Shown here: positions 16,596 through 16,674 of the stretch, piece by piece | How the letters are laid out: each line of letters begins with the position of its first letter | Position numbering within the stretch: position 1 is the first letter of the stretch | Virus record (IMG/VR): IMGVR_UViG_2778261169_000001 | Location: 1 to 16,674 of that record | Length of the DNA: 16,674 bases | From: a virus | Taxonomy: Duplodnaviria; Heunggongvirae; Uroviricota; Caudoviricetes | Strand: one strand, 5' to 3' | The notes under the pieces: model-generated | Database searches by the model: none | The model's input: only the letters and a program-made list of their open reading frames with translations | Told to the model about the DNA's origin: nothing | Program-made: the position numbers and the translations under genes

Positions 16596-16674
16596 AAATG
16601 CGCCTATAAGGCTCTCTTACCAGCCGCGCCCTAACAGGCGCACACGATCTGACATTTGCATCCAACTTCGTTAC

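Noticed and set aside
16596-16674. Searched for a P2-type cos site downstream of Q
   Set aside because: I could not recognise the conserved cohesive-end sequence in the ~80 nt after the terminator; it may lie just outside the window or be divergent. Not called.
1-16674. Looked for tRNA/rRNA genes, CRISPR arrays, integrase or transposase genes and att sites
   Set aside because: No cloverleaf-like candidates, no regularly spaced repeats and no integrase or transposase ORFs; the window appears to be wholly internal to the prophage.

Overview
This window is the late (virion and lysis) region of a P2-like (Peduovirus-type) myovirus prophage in a GC-rich enterobacterial background, with gene order matching P2 in reverse orientation. 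On the minus strand it runs FI (tail sheath, truncated at the window start), G, H, I, J, W, V, then a two-gene insert, then S, R, the spanins, endolysin, holin, X, L, M, N and O; on the plus strand are P (terminase large subunit) and Q (portal). Calls rest on manual translation and recalled similarity to P2 and phage 21 proteins; no database search was possible. The standout feature is a visibly AT-rich ~2 kb island (5866-7878) between S and V, the position of the AT-rich orf30 in P2. It carries a translationally coupled pair: a 349-aa DUF262 (ParB-like) protein and a 192-aa protein with a C-terminal R-x4-H motif suggestive of a HEPN RNase. I read this as a candidate, apparently uncharacterised anti-phage or abortive-infection module, but that is inference from motifs only. 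Other points: the Z/fun site between G and FI is empty, the tail fibre has a repeat-built His-rich C-terminus, the lysis cassette is pinholin/SAR-endolysin type, and the portal gene 3' end shifts abruptly to low GC. No tRNA, rRNA, CRISPR array, integrase or cos site was identified.
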